Assembly (NCBI GenBank): GCA_963666975.2
Contig: CAXVYR010000004.1
Coordinates: forward strand, 1,248,001 to 1,312,000
Reading direction: 5' to 3'
Source of the DNA: Terriglobia bacterium
GTDB lineage: Bacteria; Acidobacteriota; Terriglobia; 2-12-FULL-54-10
DNA length: 64,000 nucleotides
The notes under the pieces are model-generated. The model was not told the origin of the DNA. It saw only the letters and a list, made by a program, of their open reading frames with translations, and made no database searches. Of this stretch, positions 32,078-43,341 are shown piece after piece. The first letter of the stretch is position 1. Each line of letters starts with the position of its first letter. The translations under genes and the position numbers were made by a program.

Positions 32078-35000
32078 TTGTACCGAAGCAGTCCTTATGA
32101 CCGGTCCCAACCCAACGTGGACTTTGACAGCATTCGTATTAGTTTAGCCTCGCCGGAAAAAATCCGTTCCTGGTCCCGGGGCGAGGTCATCAAACCGGAG
32201 ACCATCAATTACCGGACCTTCAAGCCGGAACGCGACGGGCTGTTCTGTGCCCGCATTTTCGGCCCGGTGACGGACTGGGAATGTCTCTGCGGGAAGTACA
32301 AGCGCATGAAGCACCGCGGGGTGATCTGCGACAAGTGCGGCGTCGAGGTCACGCTTTCGCACGTCCGCCGCGAGCGCATGGGCCACATTGAGCTGGCCGC
32401 CCCCTGCTCGCACGTTTGGTTCTTCAAAGGGTTGCCCAGCCGCATCGGCCAATTGCTCGATCTGTCGTTGCGCGAGTTGGAGCGCATCCTGTACTTCGAG
32501 GCCTACGTGGTCCTGGACCCGGGAGAAGCTCCGCTGAAGGAATGCGAGATTCTTTTGGAAGAAAAATACCGCCAGTTGCAGCAGGAGTATCCCGGAAAGT
32601 TTTCGGCCACGATGGGCGCCGAGGGCATCAAGAAACTGCTGAAGGGGCTCGACATCGAGCAGATGTGCATCGATCTGCGCGAGAAGATGATAACGGAGAC
32701 CTCCCAGCAGAAGAAGCTGAAGTTCGCCAAGCGGCTGAAGGTGGCCGAGTCTTTCCGCAAATCGGGCAACCGGCCGGAATGGATGATTCTCGACGTGATT
32801 CCCGTTATTCCGCCCGAGTTGCGCCCGCTGGTGCCGCTCGACGGCGGCCGCTTCGCCACCTCGGACCTGAATGATCTGTACCGCCGCGTGATTAACCGGA
32901 ATAACCGGCTCAAGAAGCTGATGGAGCTGCATGCGCCCGATGTCATCGTCCGCAACGAAAAACGGATGCTGCAGGAAGCGGTCGATGCCTTGTTTGACAA
33001 CGGACGCCGCGGACGCGTGCTGCGGGGCGCCAATAACCGCCCGCTGAAGTCGCTGTCAGACACCCTGAAGGGAAAGCAGGGACGGTTCCGCCAGAATCTG
33101 CTGGGCAAGCGCGTAGACTACTCCGGCCGCTCGGTGATCGTGGTGGGCCCGGAATTGAAACTGCACCAATGCGGGCTGCCCAAGAAGATGGCGCTCGAAC
33201 TATTCAAGCCGTTCATCTACCACAGGCTCGAACAGAAGGGTCTGTGCACCACCATCAAGCAGGCCAAAGAGATGGTGGAGCAGCAGGACCCGCTGGTGTG
33301 GGACATCCTGGAGGAGGTGATTCGCGACCACCCCGTCCTGCTTAACCGGGCTCCGACCCTCCACCGTTTGGGAATCCAGGCTTTTGAGCCGGTTCTGGTT
33401 GAGGGCAAGGCCATCAAGATTCACCCGCTGGTCTGCACGGCTTTCAACGCCGATTTTGACGGCGACCAGATGGCGGTCCACATCCCGCTGTCGCCGGAGG
33501 CTCAGATTGAGGCCAGCGTGCTGATGCTCAGCGCCAATAATATCCTCTCCCCCTCCAACGGGCAGCCGGTCACGGTTCCCACGCAAGACATCGTGCTGGG
33601 ATGCTACTACCTGACCAAGGCCAAGCATGGCACCCGGGGAGAAGGCCGGGCGTTTGCCACGCCCGAGGAGGTGATGCTGGCGCTCGAGGCCCAAGAGGTG
33701 GAGACCCTCACGCCGATTCGCCTCCGGCTTTCCGGCCCTGTGATTGACCTGACCAAAGCTTATGACGATCAAGATATCATGCGCACGCAACCGGTGACCT
33801 TCCAGAGCCAGATGCTGGAAACCACGGTGGGCCGGGTGATTTTGAACGATCATCTCCCGAAAGAAATGCCGTACATCAACGGCCTGATGAAAAAGAAAGG
33901 CTTGGGCCAGTTGGTTAATTATTGCTACCTCAGCTTCGGCTTGGCTACGACGGTTGAGTTGCTGGATGAGATCAAGCAGCTCGGCTTCCTCTACGCCACG
34001 AAGGCGGGCATCTCCATCGGGATCGACGACATGATCATTCCGTCCGGCAAGGCGCAGTTGGTCAACCAGGCTCAGAAGGAAGTGATCTCCGTGCAGCAGC
34101 AATACCTGGACGGCGCCATCACCAACGGCGAGCGGTATAACAAGGTGATTGCGATCTGGTCGAACATCACCGAAAAAGTCGCCGATGAAATGTTCCATGC
34201 CATGCAGGAGATGGATCAGAAAGGCGGAAGTTTCAATCCGATTTACATCATGGCCGATTCCGGCTCCCGCGGCTCCAAGCAGCAGATCCGGCAGCTCAGC
34301 GGCATGCGCGGCCTGATGGCGAAACCCTCCGGCGAGATCATCGAAACGCCGATCACCGCCAATTTCCGCGAGGGCCTCACCGTGCTGCAATACTTTATCT
34401 CCACCCACGGGGCCCGCAAAGGGCTGGCCGACACGGCGCTGAAGACCGCCGACTCCGGCTATCTGACCCGCCGTCTGGTCGATGTCGCCCAGGACGTCAT
34501 CATCAGCAGGATGGACTGCGGGACGGTGGACGGCATCTACGTGGGGTCGATCGTGGAAAGCGGCGAGATCATCGAACCGCTGCGGGACCGCATTGTCGGA
34601 AGGGTGTCTCTGGAGAAGATCAAAGACTACGAAGGCAACCTGATCGTGGATATCAACAACGAGATCACCGAAGACCTCGCCAGCGCGATTCAAGGAGCCG
34701 GCATTGAACGGGTGAAGATCCGTTCGGTGCTGACCTGCGAAGCCAGGCGGGGCGTTTGCGTCATGTGCTACGGGCGGAACCTCGCTTCCGGTCGCCTGGT
34801 GGAGCTGGGCGAGGCGGTGGGCGTGATCGCGGCGCAGTCGATCGGCGAGCCCGGCACGCAGCTGACCATGAGGACCTTCCACATCGGCGGCACGGCCAGC
34901 CGCATCTCCGAGCAGTCCACCCTGGACGCCAAAAACAACGGTTTTGTGAAGTTAATCAACGTCACGACCGTCCGCAACAAGCAGGGCGATCACATTGTCA

Positions 35001-36253
35001 TGAACCGCAACGGCGACCTGGCGGTGGTCGACGAAAAGGGACGCGAGCGCGAGCGGTATTCGGTGGTGTATGGAGCGCGCCTCAAGGTGAGCGAGGGCCA
35101 GCCGGTTACGGTGGGGCAAATCCTGGTCGAGTGGGACCCCTACACCTTCTCCATCCTGACCGAGGTGGGCGGCACCGTGCAGTTCAAAGACCTCGAGAAG
35201 GACATGACCTTGAAAGAAGAGGTGGACGAGATCACCGGACTGTCCCGGTGGGTGGTGACGGACCCGTCAGACGAAAAGCGCCAGCCCGCCATCGTCATCC
35301 GCGATGAGAAGGCCGGCGGACGCCATGCCGCGAAGAAGTATCTCATGCCCACGCGGGCCCACTTAATGGTGAGCGAGGATGATGAGATATTCCCTGGAGA
35401 CGTGCTGGCCAAAATCCCCCGGGAAACCACCAAGACCAAAGACATCACCGGCGGGCTGCCGCGCGTGGTGGAGCTGTTTGAGGCCCGCAGGCCGCGCGCG
35501 ACCGCGGTTATTACCGAGATTGACGGAACCGTAAAATACGGGGATGTCGCCAAAGGACAGCGCAAGGTTTTCGTCACCAATGAAAACGGCACTGAACGGG
35601 AATACTCGCTGCCGCGCGGCGTCCACCTGAGCGTGCAGGAAGGGGAGCTCGTCCGCGCCGGTGAGCCGCTGATGGACGGCCCCCGCAACCCGCACGACAT
35701 TCTGGCCGTGCTCGGTGAAAAAGAACTCCAGTCTTACCTGGTGAATGAGATCCAGGAGGTGTACCGGCTGCAGGGCGTCAATATCAACGACAAACACATC
35801 GAGGTCATCGTCCGCCAGATGATGCGCTGGATGAAGGTGGAACAAGTGGGGGACACGACCTTCCTGCTGGACGAGCAGATGGACAAGTTCCGGTTCCGGG
35901 AAGAAAACGAGCGGGTGCTCGCGGAGGGCGGCAAGGCCGCCACGGGCGTTCCGCTGCTGCTCGGAATCACCAAAGCCTCGCTCTCCACCGACTCGTTCAT
36001 CTCGGCGGCTTCCTTCCAGGAAACCACGCGCGTGCTGACCGAAGCGGCCATCAGCGGCAAGGTGGACCACCTGCGCGGGCTGAAAGAAAACGTGATCATG
36101 GGCCGGTTGATTCCCGCCGGCACGGGCATGGAACATTACCGCGACTTCCGCCTGCTGACCGCAGAATCCCAGCCGGAGGAAGAAACGCTGCCGCAGCCCT
36201 TCGAGGAACCCTCTGCAGAAGAGTTTGTGGAGGAAAAAAGGCCGCTGGCGTGA
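32078..36253 (+). CDS. rpoC: RNA polymerase beta' subunit
   Basis: [31 protein letters not shown]. Confidence 0.99.
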   Translation: MYRSSPYDRSQPNVDFDSIRISLASPEKIRSWSRGEVIKPETINYRTFKPERDGLFCARIFGPVTDWECLCGKYKRMKHRGVICDKCGVEVTLSHVRRERMGHIELAAPCSHVWFFKGLPSRIGQLLDLSLRELERILYFEAYVVLDPGEAPLKECEILLEEKYRQLQQEYPGKFSATMGAEGIKKLLKGLDIEQMCIDLREKMITETSQQKKLKFAKRLKVAESFRKSGNRPEWMILDVIPVIPPELRPLVPLDGGRFATSDLNDLYRRVINRNNRLKKLMELHAPDVIVRNEKRMLQEAVDALFDNGRRGRVLRGANNRPLKSLSDTLKGKQGRFRQNLLGKRVDYSGRSVIVVGPELKLHQCGLPKKMALELFKPFIYHRLEQKGLCTTIKQAKEMVEQQDPLVWDILEEVIRDHPVLLNRAPTLHRLGIQAFEPVLVEGKAIKIHPLVCTAFNADFDGDQMAVHIPLSPEAQIEASVLMLSANNILSPSNGQPVTVPTQDIVLGCYYLTKAKHGTRGEGRAFATPEEVMLALEAQEVETLTPIRLRLSGPVIDLTKAYDDQDIMRTQPVTFQSQMLETTVGRVILNDHLPKEMPYINGLMKKKGLGQLVNYCYLSFGLATTVELLDEIKQLGFLYATKAGISIGIDDMIIPSGKAQLVNQAQKEVISVQQQYLDGAITNGERYNKVIAIWSNITEKVADEMFHAMQEMDQKGGSFNPIYIMADSGSRGSKQQIRQLSGMRGLMAKPSGEIIETPITANFREGLTVLQYFISTHGARKGLADTALKTADSGYLTRRLVDVAQDVIISRMDCGTVDGIYVGSIVESGEIIEPLRDRIVGRVSLEKIKDYEGNLIVDINNEITEDLASAIQGAGIERVKIRSVLTCEARRGVCVMCYGRNLASGRLVELGEAVGVIAAQSIGEPGTQLTMRTFHIGGTASRISEQSTLDAKNNGFVKLINVTTVRNKQGDHIVMNRNGDLAVVDEKGRERERYSVVYGARLKVSEGQPVTVGQILVEWDPYTFSILTEVGGTVQFKDLEKDMTLKEEVDEITGLSRWVVTDPSDEKRQPAIVIRDEKAGGRHAAKKYLMPTRAHLMVSEDDEIFPGDVLAKIPRETTKTKDITGGLPRVVELFEARRPRATAVITEIDGTVKYGDVAKGQRKVFVTNENGTEREYSLPRGVHLSVQEGELVRAGEPLMDGPRNPHDILAVLGEKELQSYLVNEIQEVYRLQGVNINDKHIEVIVRQMMRWMKVEQVGDTTFLLDEQMDKFRFREENERVLAEGGKAATGVPLLLGITKASLSTDSFISAASFQETTRVLTEAAISGKVDHLRGLKENVIMGRLIPAGTGMEHYRDFRLLTAESQPEEETLPQPFEEPSAEEFVEEKRPLA

Positions 36254-36352
36254 GCCGCCGGAGAAGGAGCGCGGTTCTATTGGGGCTTGCAAGATTTTTT
36301 CAGGCCCCTCGCCGTTAGACCGAACTGTTGATCAAAATGCGAGGGTTCACCA

Positions 36353-37081
36353 ATGGCTACCGACGCTGAGATTCAGAAATTCGATTTGAACGACCCGATG
36401 CCGGAAGACTACCGCAAGCTTCTGGTGAAGCTGTGCTGCGTGGAGCACGGCATCGAGATGATCTCGCGCACGGCCATCCTGGACTTCTTGAGCAAGGTTT
36501 GGACGGTGGGAACCTACCAGGCTCCTTCGCCCTTCGAGCGGGTGCGGACGGCGAGCTATTGCTGGCAGGAGGTCGGCCACAGCGAGATGTTTTACAACAT
36601 CGCCTATGATCTGGACCCGGAGCTGGCCAACGAAGACTTGCCGGTCACGCAATACGCCTTTCAAATGGACTTTCCCACCTGGACCGAGCTCGCCGCCGTG
36701 AACTTCCTGACCGACCGCGTGGGCATGTACCAGGCCAACGAGTGGGTCAACTCAAGCTACGTTGTTCTGGCAAAGATAGCTCCCCTGGTGGTCAAGGACG
36801 AACGGGGCCACACCACTATGGGTCATGACCGGCTGGAGCGGGTCTGCGAATCGGCCAAAGGCAGGGAGGAAGCGCAGCGGGCCATGGAGAAGTGGTACCC
36901 GGCGGCGCTCGATATGTTCGGGCGGTCCGAATCCAGACGCCAGCACGAATACATCCGCTGGGGCCTCAAAAAACGGCAGAACGGCGAGCTGCGCCGGCAG
37001 TTCATCGACGACGTCAACCCGCTGGTCGCCAAGCTCGGCCTCGATGTCCCCGACGAAAACAAGAACCGGCGGTTCTTTTAG
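36353..37081 (+). CDS. PaaA/PaaC-family ferritin-like diiron protein (phenylacetyl-CoA epoxidase-like subunit), orphan
   Basis: MPEDYRK, QAPS, QEVGH and DERGH (two ExxH), SSY, WYPAALDMFG, IRWGLK. Confidence 0.8.
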   Translation: MATDAEIQKFDLNDPMPEDYRKLLVKLCCVEHGIEMISRTAILDFLSKVWTVGTYQAPSPFERVRTASYCWQEVGHSEMFYNIAYDLDPELANEDLPVTQYAFQMDFPTWTELAAVNFLTDRVGMYQANEWVNSSYVVLAKIAPLVVKDERGHTTMGHDRLERVCESAKGREEAQRAMEKWYPAALDMFGRSESRRQHEYIRWGLKKRQNGELRRQFIDDVNPLVAKLGLDVPDENKNRRFF

Positions 37082-37384
37082 GCGGGCCGTTGCAACTGTG
37101 CGTTTGGAACCCCAACCAACATTCTGAAAGCGGCGCCGCGCCAGAGTTCAACGTTTAGGCCGGACCGTCGCCGCGAGCGTCATCACGGTTTTAGCATTTG
37201 CTCACCCACTCCGTTGTCCGTTCCAGTTTCGCTCTCAGGAGCATGTCGCGCAATGAGAAGTTTCCTCCACGCTCATGGCAGTTGGCCAGAACCCATCGCT
37301 TACCATTGAAATTCTAACAACTACACAGAGCAGATGGAGTAAATCCGGTAGCCATCTACAACGCCGACGCCGTTATAGATGGTC

Positions 37385-37598
37385 TAGATGAGAGGGCAGA
37401 ACCTGGATGGCTACTGTGCGGTCCAGGCGGGTGTCTCTGGCCTTGTACTACCCTTCACCCTATGCCGCGCGCGCCCACACCTAGCGGGCTGAGGGCCTCG
37501 CACGAGCCAAGACGGGCACCTGGGGATACGGGCACAGATTATCCCCGCATGATTGAACAGAATGGAGAAAGATTACACGAGGGGAGAGGGAAAAGCAA
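37385..37598 (-). pseudogene. Ser/Thr protein kinase 5' relic with its promoter (copy A)
   Basis: Frameshifted (V)PVSPGARLGSCE..LSPLGVG..YKARDTRLDRTVAIQVLPSH from GTG at 37535; TTGCTT-N17-TAATCT upstream. Confidence 0.75.
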
Positions 37599-37803
37599 TT
37601 GTGGACAGGAGGCGTCTTAATAGCTCTGCCGCTGCCAGACGGCTAGCGACCCAGCAGAGAGGGGAATTTAGCTCTTCAGAAGTGGTCAGACGGATAAGTG
37701 TCAGCGGCGAGGCAGGCTAGGCGGCCAAAACCCGCACAGCGACTCCACTGAACAACCAAAACGAGCCGCACTACCACCTCAAAGAGGCCAGAGCGATTTG
37801 CCA

Positions 37804-37943
37804 TTGACACGACAGGGTAGGAGGCATAGGTTTTCGGGTCAAAGGAAGCTCAAAATGGATATTCCGGTTTAGTTCGTAACGCTGCGGATTCGGATGGGCC
37901 ATTGCCCGCAGCCCTCCCGTGGATCTCTCTCACGGAACCGGGA
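37804..37943 (+). promoter_or_regulatory. Sigma70 promoter TTGACA-N17-TAGGTT plus structured leader, shared with 42869
   Basis: About 65-bp near-identity with 42869-42935; closing stem ttccggtt/aaccggga. Confidence 0.7.
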
Positions 37944-37995
37944 CTTGTGGGATCAGCCGAAGGTGTTTTTTAAGAATCACGAGAAGGTGAGGTTT

Positions 37996-39069
37996 ATGTT
38001 CAAAGGAGCGTCATCGATTTTCTTCGCTATTTTTATTGCCGTGGCTGGGGCCTTTGCAGACCAGGTCAGCCTGAGAAACGGTGATCGATTGTCCGGCAGC
38101 ATCGTGAGTTCGAATCGCGAAAGCATGACGATGAAAACGGAGTTTTTGGGGGATGTGACCATTCAGTGGGATGCGATTGAGGAGATTACCTCTGAGGAGC
38201 AGTTGTTCGTCACCTCCTCAGACGGGCAAGTCCTGGTTGGATCCGTATCGACCAGTGGCGGCGAATTCATCGTCCGAACCGCTCCAGGCAGCACGGTTCC
38301 CGTCGGCAAGGCCGCCGTTGCGTCTGTCCGGTCCCCAGAAGAGCAGGCCTCCTATGAGGCCAAAATCGAACGCTTGCGCAACCCCAATTTGCTCGATTTC
38401 TGGAGCGGCTTTGTCGATGTTGGACTCAGCTTCTCCGAGGGCAACGCGGAGACGAATAACTTCTCGGCAGCGGTGAAAACAGAACGGAAGACCTCAAGAG
38501 ACAAAATCAGTGTCTATGCGAACTCGCTGTTTGCACACAACAGCACGACGGGCGTATCGGAGACTACGGCAAACGCGATCCGTGGCGGGACCCGGTACGA
38601 TATCAACCTGAACGGAAATCTGTTCACCTTCGGCTTCCTCGATCTGGAGTTTGACGAATTTCAGAACCTGGATCTTCGCAATGTGATCGGGGGCGGGCTT
38701 GGCTGGCACGTCAAAGACTCCGGACGAGTCATCTTTGACTTTTACTCCGGCGGCTCGTTCAATCAGGAGTTCTTCTCCACGGATGTCACTCGCAGATCGG
38801 GTGAGGTCGTATTCGGCGAGGAGTTGACTTACAAGATCTTAGAATCCACATCGATTTCAGAGAAGCTCTCCTTTTATCCCAATCTGAGTGAAACCGGTGA
38901 ATATCGTGTTCAGTTCGACTCCACCCTCAGTACGGAGCTGAGCCGCTGGCTGGCGTGGCATTTCACCCTCAGCGACCGCTTTTTGAGCAATCCCATCCCT
39001 ACAGTAAAAAAGAACGATGTTCTGCTGACTACGGGTATCCGTATTAGTTTTGGTGAAGCCGGTTTGTAA
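37996..39069 (+). CDS. DUF481-family outer-membrane beta-barrel protein
   Basis: Signal peptide, DQVSLRNGDRLSG N-domain, amphipathic beta strands, DEFQNLDLR, TGIRISF near the C-terminus. Confidence 0.82.
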   Translation: MFKGASSIFFAIFIAVAGAFADQVSLRNGDRLSGSIVSSNRESMTMKTEFLGDVTIQWDAIEEITSEEQLFVTSSDGQVLVGSVSTSGGEFIVRTAPGSTVPVGKAAVASVRSPEEQASYEAKIERLRNPNLLDFWSGFVDVGLSFSEGNAETNNFSAAVKTERKTSRDKISVYANSLFAHNSTTGVSETTANAIRGGTRYDINLNGNLFTFGFLDLEFDEFQNLDLRNVIGGGLGWHVKDSGRVIFDFYSGGSFNQEFFSTDVTRRSGEVVFGEELTYKILESTSISEKLSFYPNLSETGEYRVQFDSTLSTELSRWLAWHFTLSDRFLSNPIPTVKKNDVLLTTGIRISFGEAGL

Positions 39070-39209
39070 TTCACGGGCCGGCATCGTGTCAATATCGGAG
39101 GCAGCGTCATCGTCACCGAGGACGGCAATGTTGATGATCGAACCCGCATCAATATTGACGTTGGAGTCATTCAGAAGATTGCCGCTTCATCTTCAAAATG
39201 GAAATGCGG

Positions 39210-39331
39210 GCCAAGCCCTAAGCGGCGACGTTGTGCGGTGGAGCATACACGAGAGAACCAGTCTATCGGAACGGCATGCCTGCCGGCTGCTGGGGCTATG
39301 GAGGGGAACACAACGGTATGAGCGGGAATGA
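39210..39331 (+). mobile_element. IS3-family OrfB N-terminal relic
   Basis: LSERHACRLLGLWRGTQRYE, typical of an IS3/IS407-group OrfB start. Confidence 0.6.
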
Positions 39332-39350
39332 CTCTTTCACAATACGCTGA

Positions 39351-39794
39351 CTACTCGCAGCCGGGTTTACCGGCGTGCGGATCATCGGGGGGGATCATAG
39401 GCCAGTCGGCACGGCAACCATCCACCTGACCTGCCACCCGCCGTTCATCCGGATCGCGCTCCAGCTTGTTTGCGCCCTTCTTGGGAGGATGATACCGCAA
39501 TCGCTCGACAGGACGACCGCCGATCAGATGATCTTCGATGATTACCGGCACATCTTCTACCGTCAGATGAGAGTACCAGACGCCTTCAGGGTAGACGACT
39601 ACATTCGGGCCATGACCGCATTGATCTAAGCAGCCGCTGTTGTTGACGCGAACCCTCCCCTTGAGCCCAGCTTGAGCAACTTGCTCTTTGAAAGCCTTGT
39701 GAATCTTCTTGGAATCGCCGTCGAGCATTGGACAATACTCACCCGATGTGCAAACAAACACATGTTTTTCAAAAGGTGTCGTCAAATCACTCAC
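39351..39794 (-). CDS. Thioredoxin-like [2Fe-2S] ferredoxin
   Basis: HVFVC..C, SGCLDQCGHGPNVVVYPEGVWY. Confidence 0.88.
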   Translation of the reverse strand: MSDLTTPFEKHVFVCTSGEYCPMLDGDSKKIHKAFKEQVAQAGLKGRVRVNNSGCLDQCGHGPNVVVYPEGVWYSHLTVEDVPVIIEDHLIGGRPVERLRYHPPKKGANKLERDPDERRVAGQVDGCRADWPMIPPDDPHAGKPGCE

Positions 39795-40008
39795 TGCCTT
39801 TCCACCCCGAAGCCATATCGACTAAATGAATCGCCTTGACTGGGCAGAGCTTGACCGCTGCTTTCGCTCTTTCCAGGCGCTCTGGCTTCAAGTCACTGTC
39901 AATGAGCACGTATGCAACCCCCCCTTCATCCATCTTAAAGAGGTCCGGCGCTATTCGCTCACATTTGCCGTATCCCTCGCACGCTAATTTATCGATAACC
40001 ACTCTCAA
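39787..40008 (-). CDS. Single-cluster ferredoxin ([3Fe-4S]-type motif)
   Basis: CEGYGKC...APDLF...CPVKAI (CxxYxxC, second Cys replaced by Tyr). Confidence 0.85.
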   Translation of the reverse strand: MRVVIDKLACEGYGKCERIAPDLFKMDEGGVAYVLIDSDLKPERLERAKAAVKLCPVKAIHLVDMASGWKGSE

Positions 40009-40072
40009 GGGGAATATCCTGGGCGACCAAACCGATCTTTTGTACCAGAGTGACTGAGAGAGTCTACACCAC

Positions 40073-40488
40073 TGAGGGGCCCTGGATTTTTGTACCAGAG
40101 TCAGAGTGAGTTTTGGGCTGTTTCCAGGCCTTTCCGATTGCAGCTAGCTGCAATCGGAAAGGCGAACTCGTTCGGCGTCCTCTCCCCAGGGCTCTGTGAG
40201 GACGGCTCTCATTGTACTCCCTCCGCCAAGCCTCGATGATCTGCCTGGCTTCTCCCAGTGTTCTGAACCAATGTACATTCAGGCACTCCTCCCGAAACGT
40301 CTGCTCCGAGATCCCTACCTTCCGGATCAGTTCCCCCACCGGCGCCCCCACCTCAGCCTGCTTCAGTATCCCTACAATCTGCTCCACGCTGAATCGCTTC
40401 TGTTTCACGGCATATCCCCCTTCTTTTGGTATTAGATTCTGCTGCAAAACTCACTCTCAACTTGGATCAAAAAACCGGGGGCCGGTCA
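40073..40488 (-). mobile_element. Internally deleted IS3-family element (416 bp) retaining both ends
   Basis: Ends tgaggggccctggatttttgtaccagagtcagagtgag and tgaccggcccccggttttttgatccaagttgagagtgag. OrfA start KRFSVEQIVGILKQAE is fused to OrfB end REECLNVHWF...WRREYNESRPHRALG. Confidence 0.85.
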
Positions 40489-40676
40489 GGGGGGGATACC
40501 CTGGAGGACCCAGGCCAGGTCGCCTCTGGCCCTTCCTCTCATACCGCTCACAAGTCACTGCACCCACTACAGGGTCTGCGGAGACGAAGCTTTCAAATTG
40601 CTGATCGTTTGTCCCAGCAGATCCCTATTTGTCAGATGGCCTACCCCACGAAGGAAGCGGAAACTCGGCGCATCTT

Positions 40677-42603
40677 TTACCATTGAGCCGCTGGTCCGCC
40701 GAGTTCCACCTGGGCCCCGGTCGGTTGCATCCCGATTTCGCGGGCCAGGGAGGGAACCAGATGGACTACACTGCCGCCCACCATGGTCATCAACACCCGG
40801 ATATTCAGAATGTCATCCACGGGAATGGTCAAGTAGTCTCGGTCTAGAACCGTAAGGTCTGCCAATTTGCCGGGTTCCAGCGAACCCATCTTATTCTCTC
40901 GCATGGCATAATGGGCACCCCAAATGGTTGCGGCTTTCAGCATAGCTTCCCGACTGACCGACTGTCTGGCTCCCCAAACTTTCCCGTCTGCGTCCTTTCG
41001 AGTGATTCCAGTGTACAGAACGTGGAAATAGGTTAGGTTCGTGTAGCCAATGGGGCGATCGATTTCAACGCTATTCATCACCCCAGCATCAAGGAGATTT
41101 TTCCGGGGCACTACCCATTCCACTGCCTGTTCCCCATAATTCCGGAATACCTGCTCAGTGCCACCCTCCCAAGTCCGAAGATCGGTTCCGCCCGTCATCA
41201 TGCCGAGGTTCTTGATGCGAGGAATTTGGTCCGGGCGGGGGCTTAATGCCATGTGGTCGTACGCGTGCCGTTTGGCCCTAATTTCCTCCATAGTCATGCC
41301 CGCTTCCTTGCTTGCATGCTCAATTACATCCATCATGTAGTCAACGTCGGCGTCCCCGCCGGTGTGGTCTCCGGCAAAACGACCGCCTGCCCGGATCCAA
41401 TTGGCTAGAATTTCCCGATTTCGTTCCTGGTCGGGAGCAAAAATGCACTTCCCTCGCCTCTCCCTTTCTTTTATCTCTGGCGAAGTCCCTGGCAACGTGG
41501 TGCACGCTCCCAAGTTCGAAACTGGATTTACTCCAATGAACCAAAATTTATCGGACCCTTGGCCCACAAGCCCTGCTAAGAAGGTGCTCAGAAAGGTGTC
41601 TTAAAATAGGTCTTTTCCTGGAGGCCAGTACCAAGTGTATGCAAACCGAATCGGTAGCAGACCCAATCGATCCAGTCGGGTGTATGCTGCCATCGATCCG
41701 GCTGTGTACATATTGGAGGCATTGAGAGTTTGCCCGTAGCCTGCGAGCCATGATAGACCTTGGCGGTAAATTTCGGAAAGTACCTGGGTGGGATAGATTA
41801 CATCCATTTCAAAATACCGATAGCAGACACTGCACACCCCGGTCCTCAAAGTTCGCTCTGCCGTATCCCCCACACCCGCTTCCAAGGGGTTGGAATCCGC
41901 CCCGAACCGATCCCACTCTTTTCCATAATGTTTTCTTAATTCGTCCAGAGCCCGCTGATTCACCACCGCCCCCGTAAAACCGCCTCGAACAATCACTGGA
42001 TTGTCAGGAGCTGCCAGATTTAACGTATCCTTTGTAATCTGACGTCCGAAAAACGCCATAATTTCGTCTCCCCACCTATATTCCTTTCCAAAAAGCATAC
42101 TAATCCGAATCCATTGCCCAGGCTTGGCCTTCCTTACCGCCTCGTCCAGGACTCTGGGAAACTGCTGGATCTGCTGGTTTGGGGGATCATTCAGGAACCG
42201 CTCTATGTGTATATCATCCGTCACCACTTTTGGTACGATGTACGGATTGATGAGGTTCCACTGATCCGGATGATCGTGGGTAGCCGCAAAGCCCGGAGTC
42301 ACCATCCGGCCCTTCAGGTCAATGTTCTTTGTATTAGGGCCGGCCAATGCTCGAACTTGGGCGTTGGTTCCCACGGCCAGGATTGTATTGCCTCCGATAG
42401 CCAGAGCCTGAGCGAGGGTGCCTAAATCCTCATTAACCTCATGGTTGTCCACCGTAACGATCTTCCCATTATAGAGAATGGTATCCGGGGCTTGTTGCCC
42501 AAAGCCCACAGGAGGTCCATTATAGAGAATGGTATCCGGGGCTTGTTGCAGCCCAAATGACACATACCATCAGCACAACTCGCAAAACACAATGCCTTTT
42601 CAT
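40677..42603 (-). pseudogene. Amidohydrolase_3 (YtcJ-like) exported hydrolase, disrupted
   Basis: IDLKGRMVTPGFAATHDH, HTGGD, GSLEPGKLADLTVLDRD, TMVGG. In-frame TAA at 41601-41603; a 33-bp duplication shifts the signal peptide (ATG 42603) out of frame. Confidence 0.8.
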
Positions 42604-42729
42604 GATTCGCCCCCTCGACTATTGTTAGCAGGTTAATCCAGAAGCTCCGAGTACAAAGTATACGCTCCCCCGTTATCGGTTCCATCTCTTTTCGCCTCTC
42701 TTGTTGCAAGGCCTCAATCCTGTCCCTAA

Positions 42730-42820
42730 TTGATTTCCCCTCTCCCCTCGTGTAATCTCTCGCTGATATTTCCTTCCAAGCGGGGGCAACAATGTGGCGG
42801 TTTCCCAGGGTATAAATCTT
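42730..42820 (+). pseudogene. Kinase-type promoter and minimal 5' relic (copy B)
   Basis: TTGATT-N17-TAATCT, then gcggggg..GTG GCG GTT TCC, matching copies A and C. Confidence 0.5.
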
Positions 42821-42868
42821 CCTAATTGAACCGCCATACCACACCAAACTAGCCCGGGCGATTTGCGG

Positions 42869-42945
42869 TTGACACGACAGAGTAGGAGGCATAAGTTTTC
42901 TGGTAAAGGGAAAGCTCCAAATGGAAGTTCCGGTTAAAACCGGGA
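42869..42945 (+). promoter_or_regulatory. Sigma70 promoter TTGACA-N17-TAAGTT plus leader hairpin, shared with 37804
   Basis: Homologous to the 37804 copy; hairpin ttccggtt-aa-aaccggga. Confidence 0.7.
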
Positions 42946-43341
42946 CGGAGGAATCCGTGGACGACCCCTTAGTGAATACCCTCCCGAATGCCACGATCAC
43001 TGCGGTGTAGATCGAGCTCCAACAGAGCCAGCCAACAGAGATGCTTCTTAAAGTGGACCTCATTATTGATGTTATAGTAGATCGTCGAAAAGGCACGCTC
43101 TCTCGGCGGTGAAGATTGCCATGGCCACCCGTTCGGCGGGGAGCGGACACTAGGCCGGGAAGGCCGACTCAGCGGGAATTCTTTTGGTGGGGGTGATCCT
43201 TTGTATCCGGCGTTTGTGGAGTTTATGATGGATCGGCTATCCGGCGGCGCCAAGCAAAACAACCCAAGCGAAACCCGGAACCTGAAGAAACATCCTAATC
43301 GCGAGTTGCTCCAGGGCCTCCCGCTCGATGGGTATACTTTC

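Noticed and set aside
41601-41603. Stop-codon recoding (Sec/Pyl) in the amidohydrolase
   Set aside because: The codon is TAA, not TGA or TAG, and the gene has a second lesion.
42422-43150. 242-aa minus-strand ORF
   Set aside because: Runs through promoter cassettes and the amidohydrolase duplication; composition is not protein-like.
42895-43200. Cobalamin riboswitch upstream of the TonB receptor (AAAGGGAA)
   Set aside because: No convincing GCCCCCGCAACTGT or B12-box segments were found by eye; an Rfam scan would settle it.
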